Shown one piece after another: positions 14,342 through 25,089 of a stretch of DNA of 64,000 nt (the stretch's first letter is position 1; the number at the start of each line of letters is the position of its first letter). The DNA is taken from assembly GCF_001194135.2 (NCBI RefSeq), contig NC_068992.1, positions 3,872,410 through 3,936,409 on the forward strand, written 5' to 3'. The notes beneath the pieces were generated by a model, which did not search any database, was not told where the DNA came from, and saw only the letters and a list, made by a program, of their open reading frames with translations. Position numbers and translations under genes: made by a program. The DNA comes from Octopus bimaculoides (taxonomy: Eukaryota).

Positions 14342-14346
14342 CTCTC

Positions 14347-14439
14347 TTCATTCATGGGTTTATCGCCAAACACAACATGGTACCACCTCTGCATCCGCCC
14401 TGTCTGCCAGATTTAGCACCTGCCGATTTCCGCTTATAT
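14347..14439 (+). pseudogene. Mariner transposase C-terminal fragment
   Basis: Translates FIHGFIAKHNMVPPLHPPCLPDLAPADFRLY, matching the mariner HPPYSPDLAPxD motif (third catalytic D). Confidence 0.8.
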
Positions 14440-14624
14440 ACTTTCTATATTCTTCCATGGATAAAATAGAAATTTGCCTGAAGGCGCCCTGATTACTCTT
14501 ATGAGATTTCTTTTAATTCAGTATTCCTGTAGCTTTTTCTCCTGGTGGGCAGTTCGCAGACTGGTTTGCGAGTTGGGTCGAACTGTCGTGCACTGGTTCT
14601 CCCAGTTCTTTTATCTATACTTCT

Positions 14625-14930
14625 TTTTTGTCCCCAGTCATTCGACTGCGGCCATGCTGGTGCACTGCTCTGAAGGATTTTTTTGTCGAACAAATTCTCC
14701 CACTTCCACCCCTCACTTCGCATGTATTGATTTCTATTTTTGAAAGCCTGGTACAAATTCTATCGGTTTTCTGTTGCCGAACCGGTTAAATTAAAGGAAT
14801 GTAAACAAACCAGCACCGGTTGTCAAGCAGTAGTAAATGCCAACACAGACACACACACACACACATGTATATTGCACACAACAGGCTTCCTCACAGTTTC
14901 CGTATATAAAATTCACATAGCGGTAGATTG
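14625..14930 (-). mobile_element. SINE family AB, diverged
   Basis: gtcattcgactgcggccatgctgg..ttgccgaaccg..ggttgtcaagc..cagtttccgt; inverted relative to the copy at 15778. Confidence 0.75.
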
Positions 14931-14957
14931 TTACCCCTTTGCAATATTTACTTCTAT

Positions 14958-15278
14958 TAAGGCGTTCTGAGTTCAAATTCCGCCGAGGTTGACTTTGCTT
15001 TCATCCTTTCGGGGTCGATAAATTAAGTACCAGTTACGCACTGGGATCGATGTAATCGGCTTAATCCCTTTGTCTGTCCTTGTTTGTCCCCTCTATGTTT
15101 AGCCCCTTGTGGGTAATAAAGAAATAAGAAACGTTAGCACGCCGGGTGAAATGCTTAGCGGCTTTTTGTCTACCGTTACGTTCTGAGTTCAAATTTCGCC
15201 GAGGTCGACTTTGCCTTTCATCCTTTCGGGGTGGATCAAATAAGTGCCTTTGTCTTTCCTTGTTTGTCTCCTCTATGT
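14958..15278 (+). mobile_element. SINE family C, head-to-tail dimer
   Basis: Two units of gttctgagttcaaatt..ccgaggtcgactttgcctttcatcctttcggggt; unit 2 starts at 15127 (agaaacgttagcacgcc) right after the unit 1 tail (gtaataaagaaata). Confidence 0.9.
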
Positions 15279-15439
15279 AAGTACACCATTATAAGTACTC
15301 TACGGTTTTTGTTTTTGGATGAATATTAATCAGCCCTATTTACGAAATCGTAAGTATTATTTTTTTTCTATACATATTGCTAATTCCTATCTTATTTTTG
15401 TACTAGTTTCTTTTCATAACTATTTACACACCCTGGTTC

Positions 15440-15660
15440 CCCTTTATAAAGAGATGACTCATAAATATTTCCCTAGATCATTGCTAGTTCACTCTTTTGC
15501 CTATCGACTTCAAGCTCTAAGATGGTATGATTTTAATATATTGAACCTTCTGGCCTCATCTCGAGGTCGTTTCTTTCCGCTTCCCTTCGTTTATCTTATT
15601 TCATGCATTTGTATTCACTCTGATGAAGCTCCATGTACTAGATCGAATGTACTATGAAGA
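15440..15660 (+). mobile_element. Possible Penelope-like 3' end remnant
   Basis: RLQALRWYDFN / IEPSGL (15540-15557) resembles the GIY-YIG C-terminal LxPxGLN motif, followed by ctgatgaagctcc..agatcgaat, a decayed hammerhead-like core. Confidence 0.3.
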
Positions 15661-15777
15661 TGGCGAATATTATTTTCGGAGTTTCTTTCGCAAGCACCGA
15701 CTGACATTGGCAGCAGAAACGGCCGTAAGAAATGTTACGCCATGTTTTGCATTAGAAAATATTCAAAAATATTTATA

Positions 15778-15906
15778 GGCGTAGGAGTGGCTGTGTGGTA
15801 AGTAGCTTGCTTACCAACCACATGATTCCGGGTTCATTCCCACTGTGTGGCACCTTGGGCAAGTGTCTTCTACTATAGCCTCGGAAACTAAAAGAAGCCC
15901 GTCGTA

Positions 15907-15987
<81 letters not shown>

Positions 15988-16212
15988 ATGTGTTTGTGTG
16001 TCTGTGCTTGTCTCCCCTCACCAGCATCACTCGACAACCGATGTTGGTGTGTTTACGTCCCCGTAACTTAGTGGTTCGGCAAAAGAGACTGATAGAATAA
16101 GTACTAAACTTCCAAAGAATAAGTCCTGGAGTCGATTTGCTCGACTAAAAGGCGATACTCCGGCATGGCTGCAGTCAAATGACTGAAACAAAGTAAAAGA
16201 GTAAAAGAGTAA
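15778..16212 (+). mobile_element. SINE family AB, full length: tRNA head + CORE-like motif + internal microsatellite + 3' body and tail
   Basis: A box tggctgtgtgg, B box gggttcattccc, CORE-like ggcaccttgggcaagtgtctt, internal (TA)n/(TG)n at ~15905-16000, tail (gtaaaaga)n. More than 15 related pieces in the window (e.g. 8143, 12262, 16760, 26015, 31322, 34555, 35820, 39130, 42228, 45130, 59530, 59685, 60100, 61582). Confidence 0.9.
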
Positions 16213-16638
16213 CCGATGTTAGTCAATTTGTTTGTTTGTTGATCAAAAGTTTTCTCCATTTTCTGATTATTTAAATTTGATTCCTGATAAACTTTTGTTT
16301 ATTCTGTTGTTACCTGTACCCTACGAGCATAATGTGCCTGCATACCCATACCCAGGGATAGCACAGATAATTAATACCGATAACAAATACAGATACTATT
16401 ATCCCTGAGTTAACTCTGCTTACCTTATATATATGAGTGTATAAAATATGTTTATACACAAAGAGAAGACCATTGACAGGACTCCTTACATGTTAAAAAG
16501 GGCATGACCTGTACAAATGCTTTGTTTATTGTGATCAAATGTTCGTGCCGGACATTACCTCACTTTGTCCTTCAAATTGACGTTACCTGAACAGGTGCAC
16601 ACTGTGTCACGCATCAGGTGACAAAGTGATCGCAGAGC

Positions 16639-16708
<70 letters not shown>

Positions 16709-17299
16709 AATTCTTTCTTTTTATCTATCTATCTATCTATCTATCTATATACATTTTTTACCTGTCGTTTGAGATCGATACAATAACTACCATGCTTTAA
16801 AAAGAAAGTACTGGGATCGATTCCTTCGATTAAAATTTAAAAGTGGTGCTCTAGCATGGCCGCAGTCTAATGACTGAAACAAGTAAAACAATAAAAGAAT
16901 CTATATCCATAGACGTAACAAAGTCGGAGAAGCCCACCAGGAGAGTGGTGTTTCTCCTACTAGCTATAAATGACATTTGAAATATATTAGTATGTTACAT
17001 CTCTTTGTAAAAGGTATTTAGATAACAATAGACCAAGCCAAAGAATAAAAAATAATGCGAAACAACATAAAAAATCTATTAATTTACGTCAGAGCTTCAG
17101 TGTTTGGGTGTTCACCAACGGGACTATTGTTTTCTATATTAAACTAACCGAATAAAGGCTTATATAACGTCGCATTTTCCAAGCGTGAGATGAAGACTGC
17201 TGGTAGGTTGAACATGTGTGACGTCACAGTATATGCCCCACTTTCGTCTGTGCAGCCTTCATATTGCCCATGTATAAATATAAACATACACACGCATGC

Positions 17300-17334
<35 letters not shown>

Positions 17335-17865
17335 CNNNNNNNNNNNNNNNNNNNNNNNNNNNNNNNNNNNNNNNNNNNNNNNNNNNNNNNNNNNNNNNNN
17401 NNNNNNNNNNNNNNNNNNNNNNNNNNNNNNNNNNNNNNNNNNNNNNNNNNNNNNNNNNNNNNNNNNNNNNNNNNNNNNNNNNNNNNNNNNNNNNNNNNNN
17501 NNNNNNNNNNNNNNNNNNNNNNNNNNNNNNNNNNNNNNNNNNNNNNNNNNNNNNNNNNNNNNNNNNNNNNNNNNNNNNNNNNNNNNNNNNNNNNNNNNNN
17601 NNNNNNNNNNNNNNNNNNNNNNNNNNNNNNNNNNNNNNNNNNNNNNNNNNNNNNNNNNNNNNNNNNNNNNNNNNNNNNNNNNNNNNNNNNNNNNNNNNNN
17701 NNNNNNNNNNNNNNNNNNNNNNNNNNNNNNNNNNNNNNNNNNNNNNNNNNNNNNNNNNNNNNNNNNNNNNNNNNNNNNNNNNNNNNNNNNNNNNNNNNNN
17801 NNNNNNNNNNNNNNNNNNNNNNNNNNNNNNNNNNNNNNNNNNNNNNNNNNNNNNNNNNNNNNNNN

Positions 17866-17917
<52 letters not shown>

Positions 17918-18149
17918 AGTATGTATCTATACATGCGCACACGCGCGCACACACCCACACACGTACATACATCTATTTCGTATTTGTATAAGTGAATAAG
18001 TAAATGAGTGAAAATCTAACCAGTGAGTGTGTTAAATAATAAGGCGCTAAAAGAGAATAACTCTCCCCAGACACCATAATATATATATATATATATATAG
18101 TGTTTGTGATGAAGTCCCAGGTATTTCAAAGATGAGATTTCACCAGGGG

Positions 18150-19190
18150 AGAAGGCTGAAGTTTGTTACGCTTAACAGTTGTAGAGGTCGTAAATGCTCA
18201 AGTTAAAGAACGCTTAACTTGAGCGGTTTTTGATGATATAAGTACTACTTGTGTATCCTCAGTGCAAAAGGAAAGACTGGTATACTTTCGTCAAAGAACG
18301 CTTTTTAGGTCCTTGTTCATGCAATCATTGAAGGTTTGACCTGTCTGGTCCAGTCCAATAGATACCTGCATAGAATTGGTCGGTCACTGAGGCCCTGTTT
18401 GCTCTTCTCACTCAATTTTAAACCCAGTAGAGCTGCTTCTTTCTTTCCGTCTCGAACTTCCTCTCCACTTTGCTCTCCAAATAAAACTTGAAAAATCAAT
18501 GAGGAAGAGTTTGATGGACGGGAAATGTGTCTGTCTTCAGTCCTTTCAGTTGCGTCTATCAGAGGACCTGGGAAGGCGGTGGGGAAGATCCCACCGATAA
18601 TCGAATATGTTCTACGTGTGACAACAGCTGTTCAATAAAATTCTACATATCAATTAAGCTAGCCTACTGAACACCGGCTGACAACAATTAATTGAATATA
18701 GAATTTGTCTTGAACCATAAATATTCCTGGGTAGCAATGCCATATCAAAAATTTCAGGAAGTTACCCATAGTTCTAGGGTTGAAATTTCTTCAAAAAAAT
18801 GCAGACACTTGATTCTTACCGACACACTGAGTTTCCTCGAATACATTTTCACTCTTCTCATGCATTATAGAATTCTATCGTGAAACTTTCCAAGTGCATC
18901 ACCTGACGAGTAGAAATCTGTATCTATGAACAGAGGGCTTCCCAGACTCAATGTTGATCCAGGAATCTCTGCAGGTGTCACAATCTCTGTGTACGCCTGA
19001 CAATCGATCAATCGATCAATCACATTCTACCGAAGCTACCCTCTTCATAGTGAAATGCGTCTGTTGCACGAAAAGACTAATCTGGTCTGATAAGGACTGG
19101 GACAAGGAACGACGGTCAGGCGCTAATAAATAAGCGATGAGAGCATTCGGCATCCTAGCCCGTCATTTCAGGGACAATGTTTCTCACATC
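18150..19190 (-). pseudogene. Decayed L1/Tx1-clade ORF2 C-terminus + 3' UTR
   Basis: With frameshifts the reverse strand gives TMGNFLKFLIWHCYPG..QDKFY, EQLLSHVEHIRLS, WTQLKGLKTDTF..FFKFYLESK, homologous to the 22249-22940 copy. Confidence 0.65.
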
Positions 19191-19254
19191 CTATTTCTGT
19201 AACCAGGTCCAGACCGACTTAAATCGCTAGCAATGTCCCATTTACCACTGTCGT

Positions 19255-19311
<57 letters not shown>

Positions 19312-19890
19312 GTCTCTCTCTCTCTCTCTCTAGTTGACGAGATGCGAGCCTACCTGATATTTGGGTTAATCTTTGCTCCTGTCCCATTAGAACAGTGTTG
19401 ACAAGTTGACTTCCGAGGTATACGACACCAATAAGAAGACGCCTTTTGCCTAAGGTCGCACATTTGGGGGCAGACTACAGTCAATTTCACCGATTTCAAT
19501 CCTCGACTGATACCTATTTTATCGACTCTAGAAAGATTTAAAGGAGAGCCGACTGGAAAAGGATTTGAACTCAGAACCTGAAAGAACCCCATTCAACACC
19601 GCACAGCATTTAGTCCGTTGCTCAACAGACTCTGCTTTAGAGGTGGTCTTTTAAAACAACCGTTGTCATTTTACTTCCATTAGTCTTCTCTTTTCTTGTT
19701 TCTCTTTATTTCCCTGTTTCTTCGATCTTCTTTCAGTTTCTCTCTCTCTATCTCTCTCCCTCTCTCTCTCACACACACACTATCTCCCTTTCTCTCTTAG
19801 TACACCCCTCCACTTATTCACGCTCATATATACTCTCGTTTTCGCCGTGCCCAACTCTCTTTCTCTCCCTTTATCTATCTATCTATCTAG

Positions 19891-19921
<31 letters not shown>

Positions 19922-19922
19922 C

Positions 19923-19973
<51 letters not shown>

Positions 19974-20409
19974 ACCTATCTATTTACAGTTAGTCCTGTA
20001 ACCTAGTAGCACGTATTAATGTTCTCTAAAACGTGCTCCCTATTGTAAACAGCGCCTGTCTGTAATACAATACTATAATACATTATTGTAATATATAGGC
20101 CACAAACATTGTATACAGTTAATGTTATTAAGCAGAAAAGGAGAATGGTAGCATTGATGTGCTTTCGTTACTAGTCAGGAATTTTTGTGGTATTGTGAAC
20201 TCTTATTGTTTCTCTTATGCTACCCACACATTCTTTGATGGGGTGAAAGAAAGAGTTAACCCATTAAATGTTTTTTTTTCATATTTTAATTGTTATATAG
20301 TTTATATTAAATCGCTTTTATAACTAAAATTACTCCATTTTTGTGTTTTGTCTCCGTTTGTTTTCTTTGTTTTCTCTTGTTCTGCTGCATTTTTCTCGGT
20401 TTTGGTAAA

Positions 20410-20459
20410 TAAAAAATTATTATTATTATTATCATCATCATCATCACCATCATCATCAC

Positions 20460-20514
<55 letters not shown>

Positions 20515-20560
20515 TTATTGTTGTTGTTGTTGCTGTTGTTATTATTGTTGTTGTTGTTGT
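20410..20560. repeat. (ATT)n/(GTT)n/(ATC)n array; 3' tail or target of the R4-like element
   Basis: Directly visible; abuts the element 3' end at 20561. Confidence 0.95.
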
Positions 20561-20975
20561 TTTACTTCTCAAAGCGTTCGGTCTTGTTTGTTCTTGTGGA
20601 TCCTGGGAGAGCGAACAGCACCCTGCTGTTACAGGGTCCCACAGGGTCTCTTTCTGCACATTATAAGCATTGATACTCGGTTGTTATCTATCGCGAGAGA
20701 CATTCAACATGCAAGAACCATTCTCAAAATCCTAGCTGTCCCCGGAAGAGCAGGTTTTTGGGCTTGCTCTGCTCTCATGTCAATTCCGAATTCTCTGACA
20801 TATTTCTCGAATTTGGTTGTTAGTGATCTGAGTGTCCACACAGCTACTGGAATAACACTCTCCTCATAGTCCACATTCTTGCAATTTCGTCTTTGAGAAG
20901 TCTGTACTTTCCATCTTTTCTAGTTCTTTGTCACTTCTGCGTGCATCTCCAGGTTTTGCAATATCTATGATCTTG
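20561..20975 (-). mobile_element. R4/Dong-like (RLE) LINE 3' fragment 1
   Basis: IIDIAKPGDARRSDKELEK..YRLLKDEIARMWTM..GIDMRAEQAQKPAL..GTARILRMVL, then 3' UTR and an (AAC/AAT)n tail. Confidence 0.8.
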
Positions 20976-22121
20976 TATTATTAGCTTATTTTGCTGGGTT
21001 TGATGGTAAGTGTCAACTGTTCACACCCCGCAGACTAAGGTCACACTTGTTTACTGATCATACTTCAAGAACTCTGTGGAAAAATCTTGGAGTTTTAAGT
21101 AATGAAGATTTTTATAGGCGTTCTATCTTTATATTTGTACCAATCTTTTAGAACCATATTGGTAGTTAAGTACTGATACTTCCAAGTGCGCCAATTACTA
21201 TTGGTATCACGTCCACTCTCTTCATTGCCCACAACCTGCGTATTTCCCACTTCAGTTCGTCATAGTTGATCATTTTTCTTCTTTTTCTTTGATCCTGTTG
21301 TCAATGGGACATGCTATGTCGATTATCATCATGTATGTCGTTTTTTCTTTGTTCACCACAAAAATTGTCAGGTTTCCGTTGTCTGATCTGAGGTCACACT
21401 GATTCATTGCACCCCACAAGATTTTGAAGCCTTCATTTTCGGTAACTTCTTCTGGGATTAGGTCATACCACGTCTTTGCACTTTGTAGAACGTAATTTCT
21501 ACAGAGTTCCCAATGGATCGTTCTTGCCACATTGTCGTATCATCTCTTGTATTCGGATTGTGCCAATTTCAGGCATTCTCAAACAATGTGTCATAACTTT
21601 CCACCCGTCTCACCACACATTCTGCGTTTGTCACACTCAGTTGCGTTGTTAATTCTGCGTTTCACATATTTCGTCCTCAATACTCGTTCTTGTGTCGCGC
21701 ATATAAGTGCTTCTGTCTCTCTCTTCAGGTCACTCCTCTGCATCCATAACCGCTGGTCTTCTCTATCTGTCTTGGTGTTTGCATCTTTTGCAAACTGACC
21801 GTATAGTTTCCTTTCGTTTCATGCTATTCATTTCAGTTTCATTTCCTTTACACAGTTATCAATTTTGATGATGCCGGACGTCTTCACATGCTTCAGCATT
21901 GGTGCCACAGCATTTTTTACGTACCACCCTAAGCCATTTCCCTCTGCTTCAAAACAATCTTCACAACTGATCAAAATTCTTACACCCATTCTTCTGGACA
22001 AGCACAGACTTTCCGAGTCACTCTTAGCATGGAATGCTCCGTACATTGTCAATATTTTCCGTGTCCTCGTATCCACGCTCATCGGTATTTTCTTTTGCTG
22101 GTTTATGATTCCAGCTCCATA
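20976..22121 (-). mobile_element. R4/Dong-like LINE 3' fragment 2 (thumb, CCHC knuckle, RLE)
   Basis: YGAGII..DTRTRKILTMYGAFHAKSD, CRMCGE..HIV.EC..LAQSEYKR..DNVARTIHWELC, IIDIACPIDNRIKEKEEK, WEIRRLWAMKRVDVIPIVIGALG; several stops and frameshifts. Confidence 0.9.
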
Positions 22122-22159
22122 TATTATTATTATTATTACTATTATTATTATTGTTATTA

Positions 22160-22250
22160 CGGTGGTCTCATATCAAGATAAACACTGCATGACCTTGCAG
22201 GTGGGGCCCAGTCAGAAGTTTTTTTCAGATTGAGTAGCCCATCCCGCTCG
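22160..22250. mobile_element. Repeat family E fragment
   Basis: ggtggtctcatatcaagataaacactgcatgaccttgcaggtgg matches 46500-46590 in the longer copy. Confidence 0.8.
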
Positions 22251-22940
22251 AACACCTGCTGTCACGTGTAGGACGGATCTGGTTATCGGCTCACTCCATT
22301 GGCCGGGAAGGACAAACAGTCTTTATCTGACTGGTGGTCTTAGCGAAAGAGGTTGCGCACTGGACTAGAATCAAAGAGCTGAAGCCAGACACGTTCCTGT
22401 TTATGTCGAACATCTGCTGTCATGTGTAGGACGGATCCGGTTAACAGCTCACTTCATTGGTCGGGAAGGACAGTTTTTATCCGACTGGTGGTCTTATCGA
22501 AAGAGGTTGTGCATTGGACTAGAATCAAAGAGTTGAAGGCAGACACGTTCCTGTTTAGTCAAAACTTCACCGATTTTTTCAAGTTCCACTTGTAAAGGTA
22601 GTGAGGGAAGTGGGGGGAAATGCTGCTACCGTCCAGTAAATTTGCTGAAGCATAGAGGAATGCCGTAAGGACGGTCCGAGTGAAAGGTCCTGCTCTGAAT
22701 ATGCGTCTGTAGACTGAGGGTGTCAGAGAAACCCAGTTCAGTGAGGATACCATGATCTGCCCTCGGAAGTCCCCCCGCCACTTCGTGGGAATTTTCCTTC
22801 TTTGAACTTTCTTTGATGTTGGTAGTATACTGTTTACATGAAAGTGTAAACTTTCATGCAACTCCTCATCGTATCGTATCGTATGATATCGCCCTTACAG
22901 TTCTTGATATTTCTGTAAACCCTAAGAGGTTAATAAAAAA
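22249..22940 (+). pseudogene. L1/Tx1-clade ORF2 3' end with internal ~158 bp tandem duplication and 3' UTR
   Basis: EHLLSRVGRIWLS..REGQTVFI.LVVLAKEV.HWTRIKELKPDTFL occurs twice (22251-22408, 22409-22560), then DFFKFHL..SKF..VRVKGPALNMRL stop at 22712, and aataaaaaa near 22932. Confidence 0.75.
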
Positions 22941-24123
22941 CTCGGGAATTTAGGTGTAGGGTTTTCCCTCGAATTGCCCTTGAAGGACTTACCCAATAGT
23001 GAGGCTTCTATTTATTTATTTATTTTTCTAAATTCTATTTTCTATATCTTTTGTTATACCCTTGTTGTTTTTGGCTCCTTTTGATCGACGTAAACCCCAA
23101 CCTTTTTGCGTGTTGTATTTTTTTCCTTTGATATTGTCCTCAACGTCTTGAGTGCCAATATGGCCAATAAAATTTGTGTCGTTATTAAGGCTGCGAGCTG
23201 GCTGAATTATGATCAAGCTGGGCAAAATGCTTAGCGGCATTTCGTTTATCTTTACGTTCTGCCAAGGTCGACTTTGCTTTTCACCCCTTTTGGGGTCGTT
23301 AAAGTACCCGTTGAGCACTGGCTTTGTGTCAAAATTTGAAACCAATATTGTTGTCGTTATTATTGTTGTTGTTGCTGTTGTTACTATTGTTACGGACCTT
23401 ATGTAATGACCTATTTGCCAAAATAAACATGCGTTTATCTTCATATAAAGATATGTATTCAAATATCAGAACTCGCAAATAATGATAAAAACAACTATAA
23501 CGAATATACACATGTAAAAAAAAAGTGATGTTGTCACCACAAATCGTTCTCCTCTCACCATCCATTTCGCTTTGTTTTTACAAAACTTAATTGTTGTCTC
23601 ATAGGTTTTTCTCCTTATTTTAAATTTACATATTTAACACTGATCATGGCTCTTACGTCATTTCAATGACCCATGAATGCAGGATTATTTTGTATGTGTG
23701 ATATATTCCCGGTCACGCTTCATTTTCAGCGTATTCTATATCACCCGTGAAGTGGTCCGCACCCGAGTTTTATCACCGTGCTATTTTCGCAGAAACTGTT
23801 TACGTTAAGTTAGTTAATATTCCTTTGAAAATGGAAAATGAATTATATTCCGATCACATACATCGACAAATAATCAAGGAAGCCTTTACATGCAAACACA
23901 CACGGGTACACACCCACACATACATATGTATAGTAGAGCATTAGCAATAGAAACTCGGCTTTCATCAGTCGATGTAATATGTACCAATATGAGCCGTTTC
24001 ATTAAAAATTAAATTGCTGCCGAATGGAAAGCAGTGGTTTTCACATTTTAAATAACGTGCCCAAAATATTTTTCTTGTGAACATTTATTGACATGGGTTG
24101 ACCAAAAATGCTTCAACTTCTTT

Positions 24124-24326
24124 AAGGCGGCGAGCTGGCAGAAGCGTTAGCACGCCGGGCGAAATGTATAGCAGTATTTCGTCTCGCGTTACGTTTCTGA
24201 GTTCAAAATTCCGCCGAGGTCGACTTTGCCTTTCATCTTTTTTTGGAGGGTGGGGGTGGGGTGATAAACTAATTATTGTATTCTACTAATCCCCGCCTCT
24301 GCCAAATTATGCCTTTAGTAGAAAGG

Positions 24327-24345
<19 letters not shown>
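24124..24345 (+). mobile_element. SINE family C monomer with (ATT)n tail
   Basis: aaggcggcgagctggcagaagcgttagcacgccgggcgaaatg..gagttcaaaattcc (A/B boxes)..gtagaaagg(att)n. Further copies at ~7225, 13493, 19470, 23185, 29190, 41565, 46031, 49200, 55077, 58455, 63420, 63662. Confidence 0.9.
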
Positions 24346-24371
<26 letters not shown>

Positions 24372-24667
24372 GCCGTAAAGATAAAGACAGCAGCATCAGC
24401 TGCAACGAATTTGAAGATTTCTTTTCCCACTTACGTCAATATGGCTGCTTCAATCTGAATAGAAAAAGAAAAAGTAAAAATGTTTTAAAAAGGACATTAT
24501 CAAGTATTATATAAAATGATGACGAACATACAAAATCAAGTATAAAATAACTATCTTATAAAGTCAGCTGTCATAAATCGATAGAATAACGTTTATTTCA
24601 AAGCATCCGTTTATAGTTGTTCTTAATATTATTTTTGGTATTCCTCTTGTTGTTATTTCTGACGGTA

Positions 24668-24716
<49 letters not shown>

Positions 24717-24717
24717 C

Positions 24718-25089
24718 GTGGCACTCCGTCGGTTACGACGATGAGGGCTCCAGTCGATCCGATCAACGGAACAGCCTGCTCGTGAAATTAACGTGCAAGT
24801 GGCTGAGCACTCCACAGACACGTGTACCCTTAACGTAGTTCTCGGGGGAGATTCAGCGTGACAAAGTGTGGGACAAGGCTGGCCCTTTTGAAATACAGAT
24901 ACAGCAGAAACAGGAAGGGAGAGGGAGATAAAGTTGTGGTGAAAGAGTACAGCAAGGTTTGCCACCACCTCCTGCCGGAGCCTCGTGGAACTTTAGGTGT
25001 TTTCGCTCAATAAACACTCACAATGCGCGGTCTGGGAATCGAAACCGCGATCCCACGACCGCGAGTCGTCTGGGCCATTGCGCCTCCAC
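24718..25089 (-). mobile_element. SINE family D, near full length
   Basis: Reverse strand starts gtggaggcgcaatggccc..cgcggtttcgattcccagacc (tRNA-like head), ends ..cgtaaccgacggagtgccac followed by (CTA)n. Confidence 0.8.

Noticed and set aside
14958-15278. CRISPR-like array
   Set aside because: Eukaryotic context; repeats are ~160-230 bp SINE units with no unique spacers and no cas genes.
15778-15850. SINE heads as tRNA genes (all AB, C, D, G copies)
   Set aside because: A/B boxes are present but there is no complete cloverleaf, and each continues into a repeat body.
23730-23810. PVKWSAPE resembling tyrosine-kinase subdomain VIII
   Set aside because: No DFG upstream and no SDVW downstream in frame; probably chance. 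A transcript junction would change this.
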